Source: Mycobacteriales bacterium
GTDB taxonomy: Bacteria > Actinomycetota > Actinomycetes > Mycobacteriales > QHCE01
Assembly: GCA_038260095.1 (NCBI GenBank)
Contig: JBBSOC010000002.1
Location: 14,411-78,410, forward strand
Reading direction: 5' to 3'
DNA length: 64,000 nucleotides
The first letter of the stretch is position 1. Every line of letters begins with the position of its first letter. This document shows positions 55,491-64,000 of this stretch, one piece after another. The translations under genes were made by a program, and so were the position numbers. The notes beneath the pieces are model-generated. The model was not told the origin of the DNA and searched no databases. It saw nothing but the letters and a program-made list of their open reading frames with translations.

Positions 55491-56658
55491 GGTGCGCCCC
55501 TCCGGTTTGTCGCGTACGTGGATTCTCCGGAGCAACTGCCGCGTAAGCCTGCAACGCCTCACGGGCCTCGCGACTGAGCTTTTCGGGCACAGCGACATCA
55601 ATGGTGACCAGTAGATCACCGACACGACCATCAGGGCGGATGATGCCCTTGCCTCGCACTCGAAGTGTGCGTCCACTCGGTGTTCCCGGAGGGACTCGTA
55701 GCGTCACCGAACCGTTCAACGTAGGCACCTCTATTTCGGTACCTAGCGCCACCTCGGGAAACGTGAGTGGCACTGTGATCACTAAGTTGTCGCCTTGCCG
55801 GTCGAATACCTGGTCTTGGGCAACATGGGCAATTACATATAAGTCTCCAGGTGGCCCGCCACGTTGGCCGGGTTGACCTTTGCCTTTGATCCGGATCCGC
55901 TGCCCGTCGCTGACTCCCGCTGGGATTCGAACCTTGAGTGTCCTGGTTTTGGTAACGCCGCCAGAGCCTCGGCAGTCTGGACATGGATCGCTAATCAGGG
56001 TTCCGGTGCCCTGGCACTGTCGGCATGGCTCACTAAAAGCGAATGCTCCTTGGTTCTGGCTGACGAAACCGCTGCCGTGGCATATTCCGCAGGTAGTGGG
56101 AACGGTGCCAGGTTTCGCCCCACTGCCATGACACGTTTCGCACACACCCGGAGCACGTAGCCGTAGCGGTAGCGTCACACCCAGTGCCGCCTCGGAGAAA
56201 TCCAGCTTCGCCTCGGTCTCGATGTCTCCGCCCCGGCGAGGTCCCGGGGCAGCTCGAGAAGCCTGCCCAAACATGGCGCCAAAAATGTCCCCAAATTCAC
56301 CAGGCGCCGCACCGGGAGCGGCACCAGATGTGGTTCGACCTCCTGGAGCGCCAAATAAATCCGATAAGTCAAACGTGGCATCAGGGCCGCCGTGCCGGCT
56401 CTGCCGGCGAAACGCACTGCTGCTAAACAGTGCACGCGCCTCGTCGTACTCGCGACGTTTCTCTTCACTGGAGATAACGTCATAGGCCTCAGCTACCTGC
56501 TTGAAGCGCTCTTCGGCGCTTTTGTTGTCCGGATTCTTGTCCGGATGTAGCTCACGCGCCAACCTACGATAAGACTTTTTGATCTGCTCGGCGCTGGCAT
56601 CTTTAGCTACCTCGAGTACCGCGTAGTAGTCCTTTTCGAGCCAATCTTTCGTACTCAT
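55483..56658 (-). CDS. dnaJ: chaperone DnaJ
   Basis: J-domain DYYAVLEV...LHPDKNP, a G-rich linker and four CxxCxGxG motifs ([32 protein letters not shown]). Confidence 0.95.
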   Translation of the reverse strand: MSTKDWLEKDYYAVLEVAKDASAEQIKKSYRRLARELHPDKNPDNKSAEERFKQVAEAYDVISSEEKRREYDEARALFSSSAFRRQSRHGGPDATFDLSDLFGAPGGRTTSGAAPGAAPGEFGDIFGAMFGQASRAAPGPRRGGDIETEAKLDFSEAALGVTLPLRLRAPGVCETCHGSGAKPGTVPTTCGICHGSGFVSQNQGAFAFSEPCRQCQGTGTLISDPCPDCRGSGGVTKTRTLKVRIPAGVSDGQRIRIKGKGQPGQRGGPPGDLYVIAHVAQDQVFDRQGDNLVITVPLTFPEVALGTEIEVPTLNGSVTLRVPPGTPSGRTLRVRGKGIIRPDGRVGDLLVTIDVAVPEKLSREAREALQAYAAVAPENPRTRQTGGAHHG

Positions 56659-56745
56659 GCCAGCGCCTCCTCTCCGTTACTCGACTCCGCCGTAACGCCA
56701 TCCTGGGAATCAAGTGACCACTGCCCTACAAACTGCTCTACAACC

Positions 56746-57453
56746 TCAGGACTGTCCTGGTTCGCTAGCGGTCTCGAGAGGCTGAGCTACCGGAGGTGAA
56801 TCATCGCCAGAACCAGCAGTCGGCTCAGTGACCGCAACCAGCGCGGTCCGCAGCAGCAGCTCGCCCAGGGCATATCCCCGGCGCGGCACTTGAGTACAGG
56901 TGGGTTCGGCCACGTCTTCGCTGAAGTTATGCGTTACAGCTTCGTGCTGCGAAGGATTAAACGGCTCGCCCACCTCACCAAACGCACGAAGACCACTCTT
57001 GTGCAGCGCCGTCAACAGCTGCTCAGCTACTGAACCGAAAGCGCCCTCGAGGTCACCGTGGGAGCGTGCACGTTCAATGTCATCGAGCACCGGAAGCAAG
57101 GTCGTAAGCAGCGTGGCAGTGGCGTGCTCAACCACCGCGACCCGCTCTCGCTCCATCCGTTTGCGATAGTTGGCGTACTCGGCCGTAATGCGCTGCAGGT
57201 CATTGGTGCGCTCAGCAAGCTGGGTATGCAGCGCGGTGAGCTCAGGATTGGTGACTGAGCTTGAACCCGATCCTGCCGTAGAGGCCGCACCAGATTGAGC
57301 GGGTTCAGCGCTGCCGCTACCGGAACCGCCCGAAGAACCCGCTCGCGGTGAGCCTGTCGCTGGATCAACCCGGCGACGATCCCGTACTACGATCTTTGGC
57401 TCCCGCTCCGGATCCGGAGCGGGAGGACGTTCTGGATTTCCTACAGCACTCAC
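56746..57453 (-). CDS. grpE: nucleotide exchange factor GrpE
   Basis: 235 aa: [18 protein letters not shown]...[11 protein letters not shown]...FNPSQHEAV. Confidence 0.9.
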   Translation of the reverse strand: MSAVGNPERPPAPDPEREPKIVVRDRRRVDPATGSPRAGSSGGSGSGSAEPAQSGAASTAGSGSSSVTNPELTALHTQLAERTNDLQRITAEYANYRKRMERERVAVVEHATATLLTTLLPVLDDIERARSHGDLEGAFGSVAEQLLTALHKSGLRAFGEVGEPFNPSQHEAVTHNFSEDVAEPTCTQVPRRGYALGELLLRTALVAVTEPTAGSGDDSPPVAQPLETASEPGQS

Positions 57454-59321
57454 TTCTTTTTACCCTCAGTCGCATCGTTATCCACAATTTCAGCATCGAC
57501 TACATCATCGCTGGAGCTCGCACCTGCCGAGCCGGTTTGTTCACCGGTAGGCTGCGCGGATGACGCTTCGGCAGCAGTCTGCGATTCTGCATACATTGCG
57601 GTGCCGGCCTCTTGCGAGATTTTGGCTACCTTTTCGTGCGCCGCGGAGATGGCGGCAATGTCCGAGCCACCCAGCGCGGTCTTGAGCTCGGTGAGCGCAT
57701 CGGAGATCTCGGTCTTCTTTTCCGTCGGAATCTTTTCCTCGTTGTCGCTGAGGAACTTTTCGGTGTGATAGAGCACGCTATCTCCGCTGTTGCGAACTTC
57801 GGCCTCTTCCCGGCGACGACGATCTTCTTCGGCATGTGACTCCGCGTCGGCCATCATGCGTTCAATCTCGTCGCCGGGCAGCGCAGATCCACCGGTGATG
57901 GTCATGGACTGCTCGCGATTGGTGGCTAGATCTTTAGCGAAGACATTCACGATGCCGTTAGCGTCGATGTCGAACGCCACTTCGACCTGCGGCACGCCAC
58001 GCGGTGCAGGTGGCAGACCGGTGAGCTCAAACATGCCCAAGCGCTTGTTGTACGCAGCAATGTCCCGCTCGCCTTGGTACACCTGAATCTGCACCGATGG
58101 CTGGTTGTCGTCAGCGGTGGAGAAGATCTCGGAGCGCTTGGTCGGTATCGTGGTATTGCGCTCGATGAGCTTAGTCATGATGCCGCCTTTGGTCTCAATA
58201 CCCAGCGACAGCGGAGTGACGTCAAGGAGCAAAACATCTTTGACCTCGCCCCGGAGTACACCCGCTTGTAGCGCCGCGCCCACGGCGACTACTTCGTCAG
58301 GGTTGACCCCTTTGTTTGGATCCTTGCCTTTGGTCAGCTCCTTAACCAGTTCAGTCACCGCGGGCATGCGGGTGGAACCACCCACCAAGATGACGTGGTC
58401 TATGTCGCCTACCTTGATGCCGGCGTCCTTGACGGCTTGATGGAACGGCTTCTTGCACCGCTCGAGCAGGTCAACGGTGAGCCGTTGGAACTCTGAGCGG
58501 GTGAGCGTCTCATCTAAAAACAGTGGATTGTTTTCGGAGTCTGCCGTGATGTATGGCAGGTTGATTGAGGCCTGCGAGGTTTGCGAAAGCTCGATCTTGG
58601 CTTTTTCGGCCGCCTCTCTGAGTCGCTGCATCGCCATCTTGTTCTTAGACAAGTCGATGCTGTTGGCTGACTTGAACTTCTCGGCCAACCAGTCGACGAT
58701 ACGCTGATCCCAATCGTCGCCACCTAATTTAGTGTCGCCAGAGGTGGCCTTGACTTCCACAACGCCGTCGCCAATTTCTAGCAGCGACACGTCGAAGGTG
58801 CCGCCGCCGAGGTCAAAGACCAGAATCGTTTGCTCTTTTTCGCCCTTGTCCAGGCCATAAGCCAGAGCGGCAGCCGTGGGCTCGTTAATGATCCGGAGCA
58901 CATTGAGACCGGCAATTTGACCCGCCTCTTTGGTTGCTTGCCGCTGATGATCGGAGAAGTACGCCGGCACAGTAACCACCGCGTCCGCAACGGTATCGCC
59001 TAGATAAGCTTCGGCGTCTCGCTTAAGTTTTTGCAGCACACGGGCGCTGATTTCCTGCGGAGTGTAAGACTTCTCATCAATTTTAGTAGACCAGTCGGTA
59101 CCCATATGGCGCTTCACCGAACGAATCGTCCGGTCAGGGTTGGTGACTGCCTGGTTTTTAGCTGGTTGGCCTACCAATACCTCGCCGTTTTTAGCAAACG
59201 CCACGACAGAGGGTGTGGTCCGAGCTCCCTCGGAGTTGGCGATCACCGTGGGCTCGCCACCCTCTAGAACGCAGACCACGGAATTGGTAGTGCCTAGGTC
59301 GATACCGACCGCTCGAGCCAT
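57450..59321 (-). CDS. dnaK: chaperone DnaK (Hsp70)
   Basis: 623 aa: [16 protein letters not shown]...[14 protein letters not shown]...[12 protein letters not shown]. Confidence 0.98.
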   Translation of the reverse strand: MARAVGIDLGTTNSVVCVLEGGEPTVIANSEGARTTPSVVAFAKNGEVLVGQPAKNQAVTNPDRTIRSVKRHMGTDWSTKIDEKSYTPQEISARVLQKLKRDAEAYLGDTVADAVVTVPAYFSDHQRQATKEAGQIAGLNVLRIINEPTAAALAYGLDKGEKEQTILVFDLGGGTFDVSLLEIGDGVVEVKATSGDTKLGGDDWDQRIVDWLAEKFKSANSIDLSKNKMAMQRLREAAEKAKIELSQTSQASINLPYITADSENNPLFLDETLTRSEFQRLTVDLLERCKKPFHQAVKDAGIKVGDIDHVILVGGSTRMPAVTELVKELTKGKDPNKGVNPDEVVAVGAALQAGVLRGEVKDVLLLDVTPLSLGIETKGGIMTKLIERNTTIPTKRSEIFSTADDNQPSVQIQVYQGERDIAAYNKRLGMFELTGLPPAPRGVPQVEVAFDIDANGIVNVFAKDLATNREQSMTITGGSALPGDEIERMMADAESHAEEDRRRREEAEVRNSGDSVLYHTEKFLSDNEEKIPTEKKTEISDALTELKTALGGSDIAAISAAHEKVAKISQEAGTAMYAESQTAAEASSAQPTGEQTGSAGASSSDDVVDAEIVDNDATEGKKK

Positions 59322-59402
59322 GTGATGCCTCCGAATACTCGTTGAGGGAAACGACCGTCAGCCGCATGTCGCCGACGCTATGAGTCCGATAGTACCTCAG
59401 AA

Positions 59403-59423
59403 CTTGAGCCTCGTCCACGCAAC
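59403..59423. promoter_or_regulatory. HAIR-like HspR operator upstream of dnaK
   Basis: On the dnaK strand it reads GTTGCGT-GGACGAG-GCTCAAG (5/7 and 6/7 to CTTGAGT-N7-ACTCAAG). It lies about 80-100 nt upstream of the dnaK ATG. Confidence 0.4.
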
Positions 59424-59490
59424 TTTTTTGCCTAGCGTCGTGTAGGCCAAACGGTCCTCGCACGCCGGTTGTGAGCGGTAGCCTCTATGC

Positions 59491-60621
59491 ATGCCCGTTG
59501 TTGCTGATCAAAGACGCATTATCGCCCAAAGGTATCGCATCGATGACAAACTGGGTTCAGGTGGAATGGGCACAGTCTGGCGTGGCTGGGACACGGCGTT
59601 GCAGCGTCCAGTAGCCATTAAGGAAGTTGTCATCCCTGCCGGGGTGCCCGCTGCCGATGCGCAACTGCTTCGGGATCGCTATGTTCGAGAAGCTCGAGCG
59701 GCGGCCCGACTGCGTCACGCCAACGTGGTGGCGGTGTACGACATGATCGCCGCGCCTCCAGACGTTAACGAAACTAATGGCGGCATCGTTTGGACGGTGA
59801 TGGAGTTGGTCGCTGCCCGTGACCTCGCGGCGATCATTAGCCAGCACCGACGACTCGCGCCTAGAGTTGTGGCCCAGCTCGGGCTGCAACTAGCCACAGC
59901 GCTATCGGCAGCACATGAAGCCGGTGTGCTGCATCGTGACGTCAAACCGGCAAATGTCCTGGTCTGTTTGCCGGGCGTCGCCGACTCAGATGTAGACGTC
60001 GCCACGCAGGTTGCACAAACACGCGTGGTGCTCACCGATTTCGGAATCGCTTCGATCGCGGGAGATCCTTCCCTGACCCGTACTGGGCAACTGGTGGGGT
60101 CGCCTTCTTACCTCGCACCGGAGCGGCTAGCAACAGGCAGCAGCTGTGACGCTGCCGCGGACCTTTGGGCGCTGGGTTGCACGTTATATGCCGCCACCGA
60201 AGGCCACCCACCGTTTTACGGTGACGATCCTTTCGTAGTGATCTCCGCCATCACGTCGACGCCTATTCCGCAGCCACGACACGCTGGAGCGCTAACCGCC
60301 TTACTGCGAGGGTTACTGGACAAAGACCCGGTCCGGCGCTGGGACATAGATCGCGCTATAGCATCCCTGCAGCGGGCGGCCGAAGGTGGTCCCGCGTCCC
60401 ACGTTTTCACTCCTGCCGCAGCTAACCACTCGAGCGTTTCGGCGGCCTCTCCCACGCAGCGTGCACCAGAGCAAGGCGAGTCAAGTTTTCGTCCCCGCCA
60501 CAGCGCAACAGGCCGCAGCGTACGAACTCAACGATCACGCCGGATGCGCCTGCGTGTCGCTGCGATAATTGTTGCGGCCGCGTTACTCGCCGCAGGCGCT
60601 ATATGGCAGCTTATGAGCTAG
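59491..60621 (+). CDS. Ser/Thr protein kinase with a C-terminal TM anchor
   Basis: 376 aa with LGSGGMGTVW, VAIKEV, HRDVKPANVL, DFGIA and SPSYLAPE. The C-terminal hydrophobic segment is VAAIIVAAALLAAGAIW. Confidence 0.9.
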   Translation: MPVVADQRRIIAQRYRIDDKLGSGGMGTVWRGWDTALQRPVAIKEVVIPAGVPAADAQLLRDRYVREARAAARLRHANVVAVYDMIAAPPDVNETNGGIVWTVMELVAARDLAAIISQHRRLAPRVVAQLGLQLATALSAAHEAGVLHRDVKPANVLVCLPGVADSDVDVATQVAQTRVVLTDFGIASIAGDPSLTRTGQLVGSPSYLAPERLATGSSCDAAADLWALGCTLYAATEGHPPFYGDDPFVVISAITSTPIPQPRHAGALTALLRGLLDKDPVRRWDIDRAIASLQRAAEGGPASHVFTPAAANHSSVSAASPTQRAPEQGESSFRPRHSATGRSVRTQRSRRMRLRVAAIIVAAALLAAGAIWQLMS

Positions 60622-60720
60622 CGCGGTGAAAATAGACGCTGCGGTATCGATGGAACACGCAGTGACGTGTCCATCACACAAAACGCGCCACGACGACGCA
60701 TCTGCTCGTAAGCTTGCCCA

Positions 60721-62865
60721 ATGACGGGCGTAGAAATTATCGCGGCTTGCGTGTCCTTAGCAGCGACCGCGGTGGCGATTATCTGGGTGGCGTGGACTGC
60801 GCGCCGGATGGTGCGAATTATTTCAGCCGGCGCGATAGACCCCACTCGGCGAAACAATCCCGCCATGCGCTGGGCAACGATGCTGCGCGAAACGTTTGGA
60901 CACACCCGCATGCTGCGCTCAAAGCTTGCCGGCGCCGCACACTGGTTCGTTTTCGCTGCTTTTGGCGCGCTGTTATTCACTCTCGCCGAGGCATACGGCG
61001 AGCTTTTCGATCCAGACTTCGAGCTGCCGCTGCTGGGCGGCTGGGCGGGGTATGGCCTCCTCACCGAGATAGCGGCTGCCGCCGGCGGTCTAGGAATATT
61101 GGTGCTAATCGGTATTCGACTGGTCAATCGACCAAGGCGAACGGTTCGACGCTCCCGCTTTGCCGGTTCTTCTATGTGGCAGGGCTACTACGTGGAATGG
61201 ACCATCGTCGGCGTCATTGCATGCGTGTTCGCGATCAGGGCCACCAAAATCAACCTGGGCGCTTTCCCCTATCCACAGTGGGCAACGCCGATTAGCCACG
61301 CGTTAGCCGGAGCCGCGCCCAGCACGCCAGCTGCGGTAACCGTATTGGCTACGCTGAAAGTGCTGATATCCATGGCGTGGTTTGCTGTAATTGCCAAAAA
61401 CATCACGATGGGCGTTGCCTGGCATCGGTTCAGCGCGTTCTTCAACATCTGGTTCAAACGCAATGCCGATGGTAAACCCGCGCTAGGAGCACTACCGCGT
61501 TTGCGCGCCGCCGACGGCGCTCCACTTGATTTCGAGCGCGCTGATCCAGAATCCGACGCCTTCGGTGTAGGCACGGTTGAACAGTTCAGCTGGAAGAACC
61601 TACTGGATTTCAGTACGTGTACTGAATGCGGTCGCTGTCAGGATGTGTGCCCGGCATGGCAGACCGGCAAGCCGCTATCGCCGAAACTGCTCATCACTGG
61701 CCTGCGCGATCACGTCTATACCACTTCGACCACTTCTGCTATTTCGGCCGCCGCGGTGCACACGGATGTGCTCGCCGCGGCGGGGCGCCCGCTAGTCGGC
61801 GACGAGGCCGCCGGCGGAGTGATCGACCCCGACGTATTGTGGTCCTGCACCACCTGCGGCGCGTGCGTGCAGGAGTGTCCAGTAGACATCGAACACGTAG
61901 ATCACATCGTCAATCTGCGCCGCCACAAAGTGATGGTCGATTCGGAGTTTCCCAGCGAGGCTGGATCCATGCTGCGCAACCTGGAGAGCAAAGGCAATCC
62001 ATGGGGCGCCCCGCCAGATAGCCGAGAGGATTGGACGACAGGTCTGGGTTTTGAGGTGCCGCGGATCGCACCCGGCCAGCCCCTTAGCAAAGACGTGGAG
62101 TTTCTGTTCTGGGTGGGTTGCGCTGGGGCGCTAGACGCCTCCGCCAAGCAGACCACTCGCGCTATCGCGCAGTTACTGCACGCCGCGCATGTGAGTTTCG
62201 CAATCCTGGGTAAACGGGAAACGTGTACCGGAGATCCGGCGCGTAGAATCGGCAACGAGTTCGTGTACGAGGGTCTGGCGCGGCGCAACATCGCCACGCT
62301 AGAGGAAGTTTTTGTCAACCGCCCCGACCGGACTCAACGCACAGTGATCGCGAGCTGTGCGCACTGCTTCAACACGATTGCCAACGAGTATCCGCAGCTG
62401 GGCGGGGAATTTAGCGTGGTGCATCACACGCAGTTACTGGCCGATCTGATCAAACAACGCAAGCTTGTTCCACAGCAGCCGCTTGACCACAATATTACTT
62501 ATCATGACCCTTGTTATCTGGGTAGACACAACCAGGTTTTCGATGCGCCACGCGAGATCTTGCAGTCGATGCCCGGCGCGCACTTCACCGAGATGCCGCG
62601 CAACTCTGAGCGCTCGTTCTGCTGTGGCGCCGGGGGTGCGCGGATGTGGATGGAGGAGACCATTGGCAAGCGCATCAACACCGAGCGTGTCGATGAGGCG
62701 CTGACTCAACAGCCAGACGCGATTGTCACCGGTTGCCCGTTCTGTCGAACCATGCTCGGTGATGGGGTGGGCTCTAGAGCCGCCGAGGGGGTCGCCAACG
62801 GAGTTGAAGTACTCGATGTGGCTCAGCTGCTGCGGCGCAGCGTGCTTCCAGGAAGCGACGAGTAG
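60721..62865 (+). CDS. membrane-anchored Fe-S oxidoreductase (heterodisulfide-reductase-like, Rv0338c-like)
   Basis: 714 aa with an N-terminal polytopic domain. Two 4Fe-4S motifs (CTECGRCQDVCP, CTTCGACVQECP) and CCG-type Cys-rich domains (CCGAGGARMW). Confidence 0.8.
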   Translation: MTGVEIIAACVSLAATAVAIIWVAWTARRMVRIISAGAIDPTRRNNPAMRWATMLRETFGHTRMLRSKLAGAAHWFVFAAFGALLFTLAEAYGELFDPDFELPLLGGWAGYGLLTEIAAAAGGLGILVLIGIRLVNRPRRTVRRSRFAGSSMWQGYYVEWTIVGVIACVFAIRATKINLGAFPYPQWATPISHALAGAAPSTPAAVTVLATLKVLISMAWFAVIAKNITMGVAWHRFSAFFNIWFKRNADGKPALGALPRLRAADGAPLDFERADPESDAFGVGTVEQFSWKNLLDFSTCTECGRCQDVCPAWQTGKPLSPKLLITGLRDHVYTTSTTSAISAAAVHTDVLAAAGRPLVGDEAAGGVIDPDVLWSCTTCGACVQECPVDIEHVDHIVNLRRHKVMVDSEFPSEAGSMLRNLESKGNPWGAPPDSREDWTTGLGFEVPRIAPGQPLSKDVEFLFWVGCAGALDASAKQTTRAIAQLLHAAHVSFAILGKRETCTGDPARRIGNEFVYEGLARRNIATLEEVFVNRPDRTQRTVIASCAHCFNTIANEYPQLGGEFSVVHHTQLLADLIKQRKLVPQQPLDHNITYHDPCYLGRHNQVFDAPREILQSMPGAHFTEMPRNSERSFCCGAGGARMWMEETIGKRINTERVDEALTQQPDAIVTGCPFCRTMLGDGVGSRAAEGVANGVEVLDVAQLLRRSVLPGSDE

Positions 62866-62900
62866 CCTCGTTCACGCCTCGCGCATCCTCATCTGTCGGG

Positions 62901-63491
62901 CTAGCTGGTGGGCCAGATTTTCCAGTTTTTCCATGATCGACTGGGCGTGGGACCGCGCTGATCTTGGTATCGCGATCCGTAGATCTGCGAACCGTAGGGG
63001 TGCGTGGCGGGCGCGGAGAGCCTAAACAGGCAGAGCTGCCCAATCCGCATCCCTGGCCAGAGCGTGATTGGCAGGTTCGCCACGTTAGATAGCTCCAGCG
63101 TGACATGACCGGAAAAACCTGGGTCTATGAAGCCCGCGGTGGAGTGCGTGAGCAGGCCAAGCCGACCTAGGGACGACTTCCCTTCCAGCCGGCCAGCTAA
63201 GTCGGTGGGGAGGGTGAGCAGCTCCAACGTGGAACCCAGCACGAATTCGCCCGGGTGCAGCACGAACGGTTCGCCGTCCTTGGCCTCGATAGGAACTGTG
63301 AGGTCGTCTTGCTGGAGCGAGGGATCGATGTGTGTGTAGCGAGAGTTGTTGAACACCCGAAACCACCGGTCGAGGCGCACATCAATGCTGGAAGGCTGGA
63401 TAAGGCTGGGTTCGTAGGGTTCAATGCGTAACCGGTCGGCTTGAATTTCGGCGGTTAAATCGCCGTCGCTGAGCAACATGGCTGCCGACAC
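62901..63491 (-). CDS. dcd: dCTP deaminase
   Basis: 196 aa: MLLSDGDL...[11 protein letters not shown]...[17 protein letters not shown]. Confidence 0.9.
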   Translation of the reverse strand: MSAAMLLSDGDLTAEIQADRLRIEPYEPSLIQPSSIDVRLDRWFRVFNNSRYTHIDPSLQQDDLTVPIEAKDGEPFVLHPGEFVLGSTLELLTLPTDLAGRLEGKSSLGRLGLLTHSTAGFIDPGFSGHVTLELSNVANLPITLWPGMRIGQLCLFRLSAPATHPYGSQIYGSRYQDQRGPTPSRSWKNWKIWPTS

Positions 63492-63559
63492 TAGTAGAGT
63501 GGGCCAGCGTTAGGTAGACCGCGTGGGCTAAACGCATCGCGCCGCGGCGGCCCTAACAT

Positions 63560-63633
63560 GCGGGTGTAGTTCAATGGCAGAACATCAGCTTCCCAAGCTG
63601 ATAGTGCGAGTTCGATTCTCGTCACCCGCTCCA
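63560..63633 (+). tRNA. tRNA-Gly (anticodon CCC), CCA encoded
   Basis: gcgggtgtagttcaatggcagaacatcagcttcccaagctgatagtgcgagttcgattctcgtcacccgctcca. The acceptor stem is GCGGGTG/CACCCGC and the anticodon loop is ttCCCaa. Confidence 0.9.
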
Positions 63634-64000
63634 CATAGGTCAAGCTAACCGAGCACGCGCGCCGGTGTAACGCGGTGGCTGCGCTGAGAACGACCGCGTT
63701 GGGCGAGGTGTTGGTCTTGACGGAAGCGTGCAGCAACTAAACACCTGATAAGCGCCACCCACACTGAAGTGAATGCGCTAATGGAACCGATGGTCGGTGG
63801 GACCCGAGCGTGGAAGGAAAGCGCGGAGGAGGCGGCGCCCGGCTGGCTCGCAGCCGTAGACGCAGCCGAACGCGCACTTCTGTGACTCAACCGAATGCGG
63901 CCCGCCCGACGTCACGGGAGCCGCCGGGGGCCTAGCGGGCCACTAAGGACTCTATTAAATCAGTCCTGTGTAGCCGAACCGATTCCTTCTACAGTGTAGC

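Noticed and set aside
59331-59400. Additional HAIR-like half-sites upstream of dnaK (actcgttgag at about 59336 and atgagt..acctca at about 59372).
   Set aside because: Each matches only one half-site or has the wrong spacing. Only the 59403-59423 site has both halves at N7 spacing.
63491-63890. ORFs around and after tRNA-Gly (63491-63736 and 63645-63890 on the minus strand, and a 34-codon plus-strand ORF at 63782-63886), considered as the possible start of an integrated element.
   Set aside because: The first ORF overlaps the tRNA itself. None has a recognisable motif or SD, and the window ends before any integrase could be seen.

Overview
High-GC actinobacterial chromosome. Gene order is collinear with two Mycobacterium tuberculosis neighbourhoods, so the source is probably a Mycobacteriales-type organism, but protein divergence suggests it is not Mycobacterium itself. 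The first block matches Rv3628-Rv3709c: ppa, holB, topA, Tad/Flp pilus genes, ssd, marP, nth, crp, whiB4, ponA2, asd, ask. The second matches Rv0384c-Rv0321: clpB, hspR-dnaJ-grpE-dnaK, an Rv0338c-like Fe-S oxidoreductase, dcd. Most of the window is core housekeeping. Accessory material is limited to five places: (i) a tRNA-Thr-adjacent islet (163-3204) with a Fic gene and two decayed toxin-antitoxin pairs; (ii) a tRNA-Pro-adjacent block (32.5-39.4 kb) of hydrolases, a TetR/YceI/FMN-reductase unit and an orphan two-gene cassette; (iii) two tandem IucA/IucC (NIS) siderophore synthetases with no visible precursor or transport genes; (iv) a three-gene conservon-like module that lacks the DUF742 gene and carries perfect 15-bp tandem repeats; (v) an IS30 relic. 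The observations I rate most worth follow-up were found by reading the sequence, not the ORF track. First, a structured repeat of about 110 bp with 10-bp terminal inverted repeats occurs twice (14.5 kb and 38.9 kb), each time about 32-34 nt after a stop codon and in the same orientation relative to the upstream gene. Second, an orphan intrinsic terminator in the 720-bp gene-free gap next to ssd implies an unannotated sRNA at the locus where mycobacteria encode the 6S-like Ms1/MTS2823 RNA. Third, both toxins are disrupted while both antitoxins stay intact, and three probable frameshifts all fall in homopolymer runs. No clearly novel multi-gene system could be demonstrated. All family assignments rest on motif recognition by eye; no database search was run.
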